Part shown: positions 21,101 to 31,635 of the stretch, piece by piece
Position numbering within the stretch: the stretch's first letter is position 1
Layout: each line of letters starts with the position of its first letter
From: an uncultured Clostridia bacterium
GTDB lineage: Bacteria > Bacillota > Clostridia > TANB77 > CAG-508
Direction of reading: 5' to 3'
Assembly: GCA_947594065.1 (NCBI GenBank)
Contig: CANQDX010000001.1
Span: forward strand, 4,100-68,099
Length of the DNA: 64,000 nt
Notes under the pieces: generated by a model
Seen by the model: the letters and a program-made list of their open reading frames with translations, nothing else
The model's database searches: none
Told to the model about the DNA's origin: nothing
Program-made: the position numbers and the translations under genes

Positions 21101-22508
21101 CAGGCAAAAGCACATAAATATACAGAGGTAATTTTTGGAAAAGGAACTACTTTTAAAGCAGGAACTGTAGGAACTATTGCAGATAAAACAGCTTATGGCT
21201 ATGTAAAAAAATATTTTGAAGAAAGACAAATACCAGTAAATAGCGCAGAAATTGCAAGACTTTCTGTGGGATGTACTGGTGTTAAAAGAACAACTGGACA
21301 ACATCCTGGAGGAATTATTGTTGTACCAAAAGGAAGAGAAATTTACGAATTTACGCCGGTACAGCATCCAGCAGATGATCCTAATTCAGATATTATAACC
21401 ACTCATTTTGATTATCACTCTATTGATCAAAACTTACTAAAATTAGATATACTAGGGCACGATGATCCAACAATGATTAGGATGTTGTACGATTTAACAG
21501 GAATTGACCCAACAAAAGTGCCATTGGACGATAAAGCAACAATGTCTATATTTAGTTCAACAGATGCGCTTGGCGTAACACCAGAACAAATACATTCAGA
21601 GGTAGGAAGTTTTGGCGTTCCTGAATTTGGAACAAAATTTGTAAGGCGGAATGTTAGTTGATACTAAACCAACAACATTTGAAGAATTACTTAGAATTTC
21701 AGGATTGTCACACGGTACAGATGTATGGCTTGGAAATGCGCAAACATTAATAAATGATGGAACAATAACACTTCAAGAGGCAATTTGTACAAGAGATGAT
21801 ATTATGCTTTATTTAATTAAGCAAGGTGTTCCACCAAAACCTGCTTTTAAAATAATGGAAGTAGTGCGTAAAGGAAAAGCATTAAAAGATCCAGAAAAAT
21901 GGGCAGAATATAAAAAGATAATGGAAGAAAATAATGTACCAGAATGGTATATTAAATCTTGTGAAAAGATAAAGTATATGTTCCCAAAAGCTCACGCTGC
22001 AGCTTATGTAACAAATGCTTTTAGAATTGCGTGGTTTAAAGTACACAAGCCAAAAGCTTACTATACTGCATATTTTACTATTAGAGCAGACGAATTCGAT
22101 AGTGAATGTATGATTTATGGAAAAGAAAAAGTAAAAAATAAAATGAAAGAATTAGATATGCAGGGAAACAATATATCAGCAAAAGATAAAAATATGTATT
22201 CAATTCTAGAAATTGTTCTAGAAATGTATGAAAGAGGAATTAATTTCTTACCAATTGATTTATACAAATCACACGCTACCAAATTTTTAATGGAAGAAGA
22301 TGGCATAAGACCTCCATTAAATAGTATTCCAGGCTTGGGTTCTGTTGCTGCAGAAAGTATTGAAACAGCAAAAAAAGATGGAGAATTTATGAGCATAGAC
22401 GAATTACAACAAAGGGGAAAAGTAGGAAAATCTGTAACAGAATTATTAAAAAAATTTGGATGCTTAAATGGAATGTCACAAAGCAATCAAATGAGTTTAT
22501 TTGCATAA
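18143..22508 (+). CDS. polC: DNA polymerase III PolC-type, reading frame broken by a 1-nt indel at about 21650
   Basis: ORF 18143-21661 (1172 aa) carries the OB fold, PHP domain, proofreading exonuclease (DLETTG...HNADFD) and polymerase core. ORF 21651-22508 (285 aa) is the PolC C-terminus. Removing one a from cggaatg gives the contiguous ...GTKFVRRMLVDTKPTTFEEL.... Confidence 0.9.
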
Positions 22509-22550
22509 TGAAAAGATGAAAAATAGTATTGCATAAGAAAGAAGGAAAAT

Positions 22551-22859
22551 ATGAAATTCTTAAATTCTACAGGACTAATTATTTATTTAACACCATTTAA
22601 TGTATGCATTTATTTATTAATAATTAATTTAATAGGTTTATTAATAATGTATATAGACAAAAGAAGGGCAAAATATGGAAAATGGAGAATACCAGAAAAA
22701 ACATTATTAATGGTTGCTATATTAGGGGGTTCTATAGGAACAATAGCTGGAATGTATTTATTTAGACATAAAACACAAAAAATAAAATTCACACTGGGAT
22801 TTCCCGTAATATTGATTGCAGAGGTAGTTGTTATTACATATTTTTTAATAAAATTCTAA
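22551..22859 (+). CDS. DUF1294 family small membrane protein
   Basis: 102 aa. YIDKRRAKYGKWRIPEKTL...GGSIGTIAGMYLFRHKTQK matches the DUF1294 pattern. Confidence 0.6.
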   Translation: MKFLNSTGLIIYLTPFNVCIYLLIINLIGLLIMYIDKRRAKYGKWRIPEKTLLMVAILGGSIGTIAGMYLFRHKTQKIKFTLGFPVILIAEVVVITYFLIKF

Positions 22860-22891
22860 TTGTAGAACAAATTAAATAAATATAAGAAGAG

Positions 22892-22920
22892 AAAAGGCGG
22901 TTATGACCGCTTTTCTTTTT
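22892..22920 (+). terminator. rho-independent terminator
   Basis: AAAAGGCGGTtatgACCGCTTTTCTTTTT. Confidence 0.6.
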
Positions 22921-23002
22921 ATCGATTTAAGCTTTCCAAACAATACGAGAAAATTTTTATGATTTTTTTGACATTTAGAAACGGTAAACATAAAAACATA
23001 AA

Positions 23003-23121
23003 TAATCCACAGAACATAAATTTGTAAACTTATTATTTATGCAAAAGTGTAAAACTAAAAAAATAAATGTGCAATTTTAAGTTATTCACAGAGTTATCCA
23101 CAATATCCACACTAATTCACA
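23003..23121 (+). promoter_or_regulatory. cluster of five co-oriented DnaA-box 9-mers in a 430-bp non-coding region
   Basis: TAATCCACA (23003-23011), TTATTCACA (23082-23090), TTATCCACA (23094-23102, a perfect consensus), ATATCCACA (23103-23111) and TAATTCACA (23113-23121). Each matches TTATNCACA at 8 or 9 of 9 positions. Confidence 0.5.
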
Positions 23122-23355
23122 ATAAGAAAATATGTAAACTAAAACAAAGAAAATAAGTTACATAAAATATAAGTTTGAAAAATATTTGTAAAAAATGTGA
23201 AATATATTTGTAATAAAAAGACAAACAAAAACGCTGAAAAGCGCACAAAATACTACAATCTACGCAAAAATATCTAAAAATTATTAACTAGTAGACAAAC
23301 GATACAAATATTACAATAAAATAACAAAAATATGACGCAATGAATAAAATATAAT

Positions 23356-23721
23356 ATGAGTTTTTTTAGAAAGAGTGTGAATAAAATGATAAATTTAGAT
23401 CAATTGTGGAAAAATTTAAAAGTCCATAAAAAATTTAAAAGAAATATAAAGGAGATTACATTTCAAGAAATAAATACAAATGAATATAAAATAATAGATG
23501 TAAGAAGCCGAAGAGAATATGCAGAAAATCATCTTAACACTGCAATTAATGTTCCATTACCAGAAATAAAAACAAATATAGAAAAGTATATAAAAGATAA
23601 AAATAAAAAAATATTAATTTATTGTCAAACAGGAGTAAGAAGTAAAAAAGCAAGTGAAATTCTGGAAAATTTGGGCTATACAAATGTGTATAATCTAAAA
23701 GGTGGATTAGAAAATATTTAA
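23356..23721 (+). CDS. rhodanese-like single-domain sulfurtransferase
   Basis: 121 aa with active-site loop YCQTGVRS (CxxGxR) and a DVRSRREY N-terminal motif. Confidence 0.8.
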   Translation: MSFFRKSVNKMINLDQLWKNLKVHKKFKRNIKEITFQEINTNEYKIIDVRSRREYAENHLNTAINVPLPEIKTNIEKYIKDKNKKILIYCQTGVRSKKASEILENLGYTNVYNLKGGLENI

Positions 23722-23802
23722 AAAATCTATTGTATTTTTATTTTTAACTGATATAATATAGTAATGATAAATTATTCGTAAGAAAAGAAAGAAGGAAGGA
23801 AA

Positions 23803-24939
23803 ATGATAAAAAAAGTAGCAATATTAGCAAATGGAGGCGATGTCTCTGGATTTAACGCAGTTATAAGAGGAATTGTGAAAACAGCCGAAAGCAATGGAGT
23901 AGAATGTTATGGATTTATAGAAGGGTATAGAGGATTATTAAATAATAATTTTATAAAACTTGACTCTAGTTCAACAGCTTCTGGAATTCTTCACAAAGGA
24001 GGCTCTATAATTGGCTCTTCAACTAATGCAAATGTATTTAATTATAAAGTGGAAGAGAACGGACAAGTTATTTATAAAGATTTATCAGATATATGTGTAG
24101 AAAACGTAAAAAAGGATGGATTTGATTGCGTATTTACTTTAGGTGGAGATGGAACACAAAAGTCAGCAAGGGACTTTTCACTTAAAGGAATTAATGTAAT
24201 TGGAATTCCAAAAACTATTGATAATGACGTAGCTTGCACAGAAATTACATTTGGGTATAATACCGCTGTTTCTGTTGCAACAGAAGCTATAGATAGATTA
24301 CATTCTACAGGAGAAACACATCATAGGATTATGGTGCTAGAAGTAATGGGAAGATATGCTGGATGGATTGCACTTGAATCAGCAATAGCTGGAGGTGCAG
24401 ATATTTGCTTAATTCCTGAAATACCTTATGATATAAAAATAGCAGCTAAAAAAATAGAAGAAAGAAAGAAAATGGGTAAAAATTTCAGTGTTGTTGTTGT
24501 TGCAGAAGGAGCAGCTCCAAAAGGAGGAACAATCAGCGTAGAAAATGTTAGAGACAATGGTACAGGTGTAGATAATACAAAGCTTGGTGGAATTGGAAAT
24601 AGAGTTGCAAAAGAATTAGAAAGCTTAACTGGATTAGAGGCAAGAAATACAACACTTGGTTATATGCAAAGAGGTGGAACACCTACAGCATTTGATAGAG
24701 TTTTATCTACAAAATACGGAGCAAAAGCTATGGAACTTGCTTTGGAAGGAAAATTTGGTGTACTTGCTGTTATAAAAAATGGCAGGTTAGATTGTGTTTC
24801 ATTAGAAGATGTAGTTGGAAATAACAAAAAAATAGGTGCAGTATCTGGAAATACAGCTGAAAGTAATATAAGAAGAGTAACCAAAGATCACGACTTATAT
24901 AGAACTGCATACGATATAGGAATTTCATTTGGTGAGTAA
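23803..24939 (+). CDS. pfkA: 6-phosphofructokinase (PfkA family)
   Basis: GGDGT, GIPKTIDNDV and MGRYAGWIAL motifs, 378 aa. Confidence 0.85.
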   Translation: MIKKVAILANGGDVSGFNAVIRGIVKTAESNGVECYGFIEGYRGLLNNNFIKLDSSSTASGILHKGGSIIGSSTNANVFNYKVEENGQVIYKDLSDICVENVKKDGFDCVFTLGGDGTQKSARDFSLKGINVIGIPKTIDNDVACTEITFGYNTAVSVATEAIDRLHSTGETHHRIMVLEVMGRYAGWIALESAIAGGADICLIPEIPYDIKIAAKKIEERKKMGKNFSVVVVAEGAAPKGGTISVENVRDNGTGVDNTKLGGIGNRVAKELESLTGLEARNTTLGYMQRGGTPTAFDRVLSTKYGAKAMELALEGKFGVLAVIKNGRLDCVSLEDVVGNNKKIGAVSGNTAESNIRRVTKDHDLYRTAYDIGISFGE

Positions 24940-24947
24940 TAACAGTT

Positions 24948-24984
24948 CAAAAGAACATATACTTGCATATATGTTCTTTTTTTA
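24948..24984 (+). terminator. rho-independent terminator
   Basis: AAAAGAACATATActtgcaTATATGTTCTTTTTTT. Confidence 0.65.
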
Positions 24985-25026
24985 GTATAATAATACCATT
25001 AATAACAGAAAGGATGAAGTTTTTAG

Positions 25027-26742
25027 ATGTTAAATTTTAAAAAAGAATTGGCTAAAATTATTTCAGATGCAACAAATAGCAATGAAAAAGAAATAGAAGG
25101 TTATATAGAAATTCCACCAGATGATACAATGGGAGATTATGCATTTCCTTGCTTTAAACTTGCAAAAGAGCTTAAAAAGGCTCCTGCAATTATTGCAAGT
25201 GAATTAAAAGAAAAAATAAATGAAAATATAGAACAGTCTGTTATAGAAAAGGTAGAAGTAGCAGGCGGTTATTTGAATTTTTACATTCGTAAAGATATTT
25301 TAATTAAAGTAACAATTGAAGAAGTAAATAATGAGAAGGAAGAATATGGAAAGTCAGATATTGGAAATGGTAAAAATATTGTTATAGATTATTCTCACCC
25401 TAACATCGCAAAGCCTTTTCATATAGGGCATTTACGTTCTACAGTTATTGGACAAGCCTTATATAATCTATATGAGTATTTAGGCTATAATGTAAAAGGT
25501 TTAAATTATTTAGGCGATTATGGAACGCAATTTGGAAAAATGATAGAAGGCTACAAATTATGGGGAAAGGAATATAATATTGAAGAAAATCCAATAGAAG
25601 AATTAACTAAAATATATATTAGAATCAATGAATTGTGTAAACAAGATGAAAACGTATTAGAAAGTTGTAGAAATAACTTTAAACTATTAGAAGATGGAGA
25701 CCCATATTGTATGGATTTATGGAAAAGGTTTAGAAAACTTAGTTTAAAGGAATTTCAAAGAATATACAACTTATTAGGTGGAAGATTTGATTCTTGGGAA
25801 GGCGAAGCAGCAATTGCTCCTAAGGTTCCAGAGGTTCTTGATATACTTGAAAAAACAGGAAAACTTGTTAAATCAGAAGGCGCAAAAATAATAGATTTAG
25901 AAGAAAAGAAAATGCCACCTTGTATTATTGAAAAAACAAATGGTTCTTCTACGTATGCATCAAGAGATTTAGCAGCTATTTTACATCGTGCAAGAACTTA
26001 CAATTTTGATAAGGCAATTTATGTTACATCATACGAACAAAATTTACATTTTAAGCAAGTGTTTGAAGTTGCAAAATTACTGGGTATAGATGAAAAATAT
26101 ACTAATGGTCTTACACACGTTCCATTTGGTATGGTTTTATTAAAAACAGGTAAAATGTCAACAAGAGAAGGAAACATTATTAAGCTTGAAGATTTATTAA
26201 ATGAATCAATTCAAAGAGCGAAAGAAATTATAAAAGAAAAACATACAGATTTAGCAAATGAAGATGAAATTGCAACAAAGGTTGGAATTGGTGCAATTAT
26301 ATTTAATGATTTATCTAATAGTAGAATTAAAGATGAAATATTCGATTGGGACATTATATTAAACTTTAATGGTGAAACTGGACCTTATGTTCAATATACT
26401 TATGTAAGAACTAATAGTATTTTGGCTTCTATAAATGCATTGCCAACAGTAGATAAAATAAATATAGAACAAATGGAAAGTAAAGAAGCGTTAAAAATAG
26501 TGAAATTAATCTATAATTTCCAAGAAATACTAATGGAAGCAACGGAAAAAAATGAACCATCAATTTTATCTAGATATTTAATTAATTTAGCAAAAGCTTA
26601 TAGTAGTTTTTATAATGAATATAAAATTATGTCAGATAATTTAGAAGAAAAGGATGCAAGATTTTATTTAACTTATATGACCAGCATTGTTCTTAAAAAA
26701 GGTATGAATTTATTGGGAATTGATATGCCAGATAAAATGTAA
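25027..26742 (+). CDS. argS: arginine--tRNA ligase
   Basis: 571 aa, class I HIGH motif PFHIGHLRS and a C-terminal anticodon-binding domain. Confidence 0.95.
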   Translation: MLNFKKELAKIISDATNSNEKEIEGYIEIPPDDTMGDYAFPCFKLAKELKKAPAIIASELKEKINENIEQSVIEKVEVAGGYLNFYIRKDILIKVTIEEVNNEKEEYGKSDIGNGKNIVIDYSHPNIAKPFHIGHLRSTVIGQALYNLYEYLGYNVKGLNYLGDYGTQFGKMIEGYKLWGKEYNIEENPIEELTKIYIRINELCKQDENVLESCRNNFKLLEDGDPYCMDLWKRFRKLSLKEFQRIYNLLGGRFDSWEGEAAIAPKVPEVLDILEKTGKLVKSEGAKIIDLEEKKMPPCIIEKTNGSSTYASRDLAAILHRARTYNFDKAIYVTSYEQNLHFKQVFEVAKLLGIDEKYTNGLTHVPFGMVLLKTGKMSTREGNIIKLEDLLNESIQRAKEIIKEKHTDLANEDEIATKVGIGAIIFNDLSNSRIKDEIFDWDIILNFNGETGPYVQYTYVRTNSILASINALPTVDKINIEQMESKEALKIVKLIYNFQEILMEATEKNEPSILSRYLINLAKAYSSFYNEYKIMSDNLEEKDARFYLTYMTSIVLKKGMNLLGIDMPDKM

Positions 26743-26764
26743 AAAGAAAGGGTTTTTGTAAAAA

Positions 26765-27946
26765 ATGAAAACAATCATTGTAAGTTTGGGAAAGCTTTTT
26801 TTGAAATTTATTTATTTTTTTATAAAATTGTTACCTGTAAAAAAACAGATTGTTTTTATTAGTATGCAATCTAATAAACCAAGTTTAGATTTTACATTAC
26901 TCTCAAACGAAATAAAACAACAAAATAATGAAATAAATATTGTTTTTTTATGTAAGAAAATGAAAAGTAGTCTTTGCACCAAAAAAGATTATATATCTTA
27001 TGTATGGAATATGATTGGCTATGTTTTAAAAACTATGTATTATTTAGCAACATCTAAAGTTTGTATTACAGAAAGTTATTGTGTGCCAATTAGTATTTTA
27101 AAACATAAAAATCAATTAACAATTATTCAAATTTGGCACGCTTCAGGCGCTGTAAAGAAATTTGGTTACCAATGCTTAGATACAGAGGAAGGAAAATCTA
27201 AAAAAGTTGCTGAACTAATGTGTATGCATAAAAATTATGATTATATAATTGCTCCAAGTGAAGCAACAAAAGAAATTTTTGCAGAAGCGTTCAATATTGA
27301 AAAAGAAAAAATTGCAAAATTAGGCTTACCAAGACTAGAGTATATTGTAAATCCAGAATATGATAAGTCTGAAGAGTTTTATAAACAATATCCAACATAT
27401 AAAAACAAAAAAATTATTTTATATGTGCCAACTTTTAGAAAAGGGAAAAAAGCAAATTTAGAAGAAATTTTAAGTTATCGATTAGACAAAGAAAAATATC
27501 AATTGATTATAAAGCTTCATCCGCTAGAAAATTCTTGCGTTCCAGAAGAATATACAGTAGATTCTAACTACACAAGCTATGATTTAATAAAAATTGCAGA
27601 TTATATTATAACAGATTATTCTATTCTTTCTATTGAAGCTAGCCTTTTAGAAAAGCCTATATTTCCTTATTTGTATGACTTAGAAGATTATATACAAAAT
27701 AGAGGGCTGAATATTAATTTAAATGAAGAATTAAAAACATTTACAAGTAAAAATTTTAATGATATAATGAACAAAATTGAAACTCAAAATTACGATATAC
27801 AAGAAATCAAAAATTATAGAAATAAATACATAGAAATTAATTCAAGCAAAGCAACAAAAGACCTTACAGATTTTGTTTTGGAGCAATATAAGAAGAAAGA
27901 AGAGAAGGTTTATAGATATGAAAAAAAAATTAAAGAAATTAATTAA
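26765..27946 (+). CDS. CDP-glycerol glycerophosphotransferase family protein (TagB/TagF-like)
   Basis: Glyphos_transf signature IIQIWHASGAVKKFGY, and YVPTFRKG. Confidence 0.75.
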   Translation: MKTIIVSLGKLFLKFIYFFIKLLPVKKQIVFISMQSNKPSLDFTLLSNEIKQQNNEINIVFLCKKMKSSLCTKKDYISYVWNMIGYVLKTMYYLATSKVCITESYCVPISILKHKNQLTIIQIWHASGAVKKFGYQCLDTEEGKSKKVAELMCMHKNYDYIIAPSEATKEIFAEAFNIEKEKIAKLGLPRLEYIVNPEYDKSEEFYKQYPTYKNKKIILYVPTFRKGKKANLEEILSYRLDKEKYQLIIKLHPLENSCVPEEYTVDSNYTSYDLIKIADYIITDYSILSIEASLLEKPIFPYLYDLEDYIQNRGLNINLNEELKTFTSKNFNDIMNKIETQNYDIQEIKNYRNKYIEINSSKATKDLTDFVLEQYKKKEEKVYRYEKKIKEIN

Positions 27947-29189
27947 TTCTATTATGAAAAAAAATGTATTTCTTAGAAAAATAATTCGCAAAGTTCATTA
28001 TATCAAATACAACTTAAAATATAATTTAATTACTAAAAGGGTAAAGGTAGATGAAAAATTAATTATTTTTGCTTGCTTTAATGGAAGGTCTTATTGTGAT
28101 TCACCTAAAGCTTTATATAAACAAATGCTAGAAGATAAAAGCTTTGAAGAATATAAATTTATATGGGCATTTAATGATATAGAAAATTATACATTTTTAG
28201 AAGAAAACAAAAATACACAGCTGGTTAAAATAGGCTCAAAAGAATATTTAAAATCACTAGGAAGAGCAAAATATTGGATTTTTAATTATAAAATTCCAGA
28301 TTATATTTATCCAAAAGGAAATCAAATTTTTGTACAATGTTGGCACGGAACACCACTTAAAAGATTAGGATGCGACCTTCAACACTTTAACAATGCTATG
28401 AATTCCCTAACCGAAATTAAAAAAAGGTATCATATGGAAGCAGAAAAGTTTTCTTATTTCTTGTCTCCATCCAAATTTGCAACTGAAAAGTTTATTTCAA
28501 CTTGGGATTTAAAACAAATAGGTAAAGAAAATATTATGATTGAAGAAGGGTATCCTAGAAATGACTTTTTAATGAATTATACCCAAAAAGATATAGAAAG
28601 CATTAAGGAAAAGTTGAATTTAAAAGATTGCAATAAAAAAATTATTCTTTATGCGCCAACTTATAGAGATAATCAACATACTTCTGGTGTAGGATATACT
28701 TATGAAACAAAAGTAAATTTTGATAACTTGAGAGAATCACTTGGAGATGAATATGTTATTTTATTTAGAGAACATTGGCTTGTAGCGCAATCTTTCAATT
28801 TCGAAAATTATAAAGACTTTGTAATTGATGTGTCTAATTATGATGATATTAATGAATTATATGTAATTAGCGATTTACTTATTACCGACTATTCTAGTGT
28901 ATTTTTCGATTATGCAAATTTAAAAAGGCCAATTATATTTTATATGTATGATTTAGAAGATTATCGAGATAATATAAGAGGTTTCTATTTAGATATTGCT
29001 GATCTTCCTGGAAAAATTATAAAAACAGAAAATGAATTAATTGAAGAAATAAGATTAGCAACAACACAATTTAAGTATGACAAAAAATATGAAAACTTTA
29101 ATAAAAAATTTAATTATTTAGATGATGGACAAGCAAGTAAAAGAGTGATAGACAAGATATTTAAGAGTAATCTAGGAGGCAAAATTTAA
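27918..29189 (+). CDS. CDP-glycerol glycerophosphotransferase family protein (TagB/TagF-like)
   Basis: VQCWHGTPLKRLG and YAPTYRDN motifs. Start chosen at the ATG with a GAAGG ribosome-binding site, which overlaps the preceding gene. Confidence 0.75.
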   Translation: MKKKLKKLINSIMKKNVFLRKIIRKVHYIKYNLKYNLITKRVKVDEKLIIFACFNGRSYCDSPKALYKQMLEDKSFEEYKFIWAFNDIENYTFLEENKNTQLVKIGSKEYLKSLGRAKYWIFNYKIPDYIYPKGNQIFVQCWHGTPLKRLGCDLQHFNNAMNSLTEIKKRYHMEAEKFSYFLSPSKFATEKFISTWDLKQIGKENIMIEEGYPRNDFLMNYTQKDIESIKEKLNLKDCNKKIILYAPTYRDNQHTSGVGYTYETKVNFDNLRESLGDEYVILFREHWLVAQSFNFENYKDFVIDVSNYDDINELYVISDLLITDYSSVFFDYANLKRPIIFYMYDLEDYRDNIRGFYLDIADLPGKIIKTENELIEEIRLATTQFKYDKKYENFNKKFNYLDDGQASKRVIDKIFKSNLGGKI

Positions 29190-29191
29190 AA

Positions 29192-31621
29192 ATGACTAAT
29201 ATGAGAAGGGGTCTAAAAAAATTATTATTTAATAGAAGTTTCCGAGCAACATTAATTTATGCAAAGAAATATAACAAGAGTAAAATAAACGAAAAAGAGA
29301 TATTATTTCAAGCATTTGATGGCAGTTCTATTACAGGAAATGTATATTATATATTAAAAGAAATTTATGAAAACAAGGATTATAGGCAATTAAAAAAATA
29401 CGTTGTAGCATCTCCTAAAAATAAATCTTCTATAAAGAAATATTTAAAAATAAAAAGAATGACTCATAATGTACAAGTTGTTGTTATACATTCAAGGAAA
29501 TATTGTAAATTGTTATCTAGGGCAAAATACTTAGTTAACAATGCAACCTTTCCTTCTTATTACATTAAGAAAGAGGGACAAATTTACATTAATACTTGGC
29601 ACGGAACTCCACTAAAGGCAATGGGAAGAAAAATAAAGAGTGCACCAAATGAACTGGGAAATACTCAAAGAAATTTTCTAATGGCAGATTATTTAATTTA
29701 TCAAAATGAATTTATGTTTGATGTCTTTCGAGAAGATTATATGTTAAATAATTTTTATAAAGGTGAATACTTAATATCAGGTTATCCAAGAAATGATATT
29801 TTTTATAATAATGTTTCGAGAGAAAAAATAAGAAAAGAACTAGATGTTCAAGATAAAAAGGTATTTATTTATATGCCAACTTGGAGAGGCATTTTGATTA
29901 ATAAGGGAAATCTGGCACAATATCACTATTTAATGTATCTTCTTTTACAAATTGATGCTTCCTTAAAAGAAGATATGGTCTTATATGTTAAATTGCATAA
30001 TTATGCAGATTCTCAAATTGATTTTGAAGTATTTAAGCATATAAAAAGATTTCCAAAAGAATATGAAACATACGAATTCTTAAATATTGCAGATGGATTA
30101 ATCACCGATTACTCAAGTGTATTTTTCGATTATGCTAATACTGGTAAAAAAATTATATTATTTGCTTACGATAAAGAACAATACTTGGCAGATAGAGGAA
30201 TGTATATTAATTATGATGAATTACCTTTTTCTGTTGCTCTTTCTGTAGAAGACTTAATAAAGGAAATGGAAGATACCAAAGATTATGAGCCATACACAAA
30301 TTTCCAAAATCAATTTTGCAATTATGACCATCAAGCAAGTACAAAACACATTTGTAATTATATTTTTAAAGGAATTAAAAGTGATAAAATAAAGATAATA
30401 CCGGGATCTAAATATGCTAACAACAAAGAAAATGTTTTGATTTTTGCTGGAGCTCTATTAAAAAATGGAATAACAACCGCTTTAAAAGGAGTATTTGCAA
30501 ACATTGATTTAACAAAAAGAAATTATATTTTAACCTTTTATAAAAGTAAGGTAGAAAGAAATAAAAATACAATTAATTTCTTTCAAAATACAGATTATAT
30601 TCCTATGCAAGGAATAAAAGTTCTAACTCTATGGGAAAAAATAGTAAATAGACTATATTATAAATATAATATAAACACAGAGTATGTTAAAAAAACAATA
30701 GATAAAATATATAAAAGAGAAATGGAAAGATTATTCCCAAATTTGCATTTTGATTATGTTATTCATTTCTCTGGGTATGAAAAAGATATAATGCATTTAT
30801 TTAAGGAAATGGATGCTAAGAAAATAATATTTACACATAGTGTTTTATCTAAAGAAGAAAAAACTAGATCCAATTTTCATAGAAATTCTTTAATAGAAGC
30901 ATATAAATCATTTAATAAAATTGTTTTAGTAAGAGAAAATATGGAAGAAAGTATTCAAGATTATCTGCATAACAAAGACAAACATAAACTTTGCTTGGTA
31001 CACAATTTAAATGATATAGAAGGAATTATAGCTAATGGAAATAAAACAATAGAATTTGACCACGATACGTATTCTAATATTGAACTAAGCCAATTAAAAA
31101 AGATATTAAATGATAAAACATCTCATAAGTTTATCAATATCGCTCGTTTTTCACCAGAAAAGGGATTAGATAGATTAATACGTGCTTTTGACAAATTTCA
31201 AGCTCAAAACCATAATAATTATTTAATTATTATAGGTGGACACGGAATTTTATTCCAGGAAACACTTGATCTAGTAACAAAGGAACTTAAAAATGATCAC
31301 ATTATTGTTATTCGTTCATTAAAAAATCCTTGTGCTATCTTATCTAAGTGTGATTGCTTTGTTTTATCGTCTTATTATGAAGGCTTGCCAATGACAATTA
31401 TGGAAGCATTAATATTGGACAAAAAAGTAATTTCAACTGATATAGAAGGACCAAGGGAATTTCTTTCACAAGGTTATGGCTATTTAGTTGAAAATTCTGA
31501 AACAGGTTTAGTAGAAGGCTTTAACGATTTTAAAAATGGAAAACTAGAAAACCTAAAGAAGTTTGATGCAACGGAATTCAATCAAAAGGCATTAGCAGAA
31601 TTTGAAGAAATATTTAAATAA
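29192..31621 (+). CDS. bifunctional protein: N-terminal TagF-like glycerophosphotransferase domain fused to a C-terminal GT4 glycosyltransferase domain
   Basis: N-terminal domain has INTWHGTPLKAMG and YMPTWRG. C-terminal domain has the GT4 motifs IARFSPEKGLD, IIIGGHG and YEGLPMTIMEAL (E-x7-E). Confidence 0.75.
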   Translation: MTNMRRGLKKLLFNRSFRATLIYAKKYNKSKINEKEILFQAFDGSSITGNVYYILKEIYENKDYRQLKKYVVASPKNKSSIKKYLKIKRMTHNVQVVVIHSRKYCKLLSRAKYLVNNATFPSYYIKKEGQIYINTWHGTPLKAMGRKIKSAPNELGNTQRNFLMADYLIYQNEFMFDVFREDYMLNNFYKGEYLISGYPRNDIFYNNVSREKIRKELDVQDKKVFIYMPTWRGILINKGNLAQYHYLMYLLLQIDASLKEDMVLYVKLHNYADSQIDFEVFKHIKRFPKEYETYEFLNIADGLITDYSSVFFDYANTGKKIILFAYDKEQYLADRGMYINYDELPFSVALSVEDLIKEMEDTKDYEPYTNFQNQFCNYDHQASTKHICNYIFKGIKSDKIKIIPGSKYANNKENVLIFAGALLKNGITTALKGVFANIDLTKRNYILTFYKSKVERNKNTINFFQNTDYIPMQGIKVLTLWEKIVNRLYYKYNINTEYVKKTIDKIYKREMERLFPNLHFDYVIHFSGYEKDIMHLFKEMDAKKIIFTHSVLSKEEKTRSNFHRNSLIEAYKSFNKIVLVRENMEESIQDYLHNKDKHKLCLVHNLNDIEGIIANGNKTIEFDHDTYSNIELSQLKKILNDKTSHKFINIARFSPEKGLDRLIRAFDKFQAQNHNNYLIIIGGHGILFQETLDLVTKELKNDHIIVIRSLKNPCAILSKCDCFVLSSYYEGLPMTIMEALILDKKVISTDIEGPREFLSQGYGYLVENSETGLVEGFNDFKNGKLENLKKFDATEFNQKALAEFEEIFK

Positions 31622-31635
31622 AGGAGTGTAAAATT

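Noticed and set aside
22921-23355. Possibility that the DnaA-box region is the chromosomal origin oriC.
   Set aside because: There is no dnaA, dnaN, rpmH or gidA nearby, and it lies downstream of polC. The region is better explained as a secondary DnaA-box cluster or regulatory region.
24985-25026. Expected T-box leader upstream of argS.
   Set aside because: Only about 42 nt separate the pfk terminator from the argS start, which is too short for a T-box, and no T-box consensus (AATTAGGGTGGNACCGCG) is visible.
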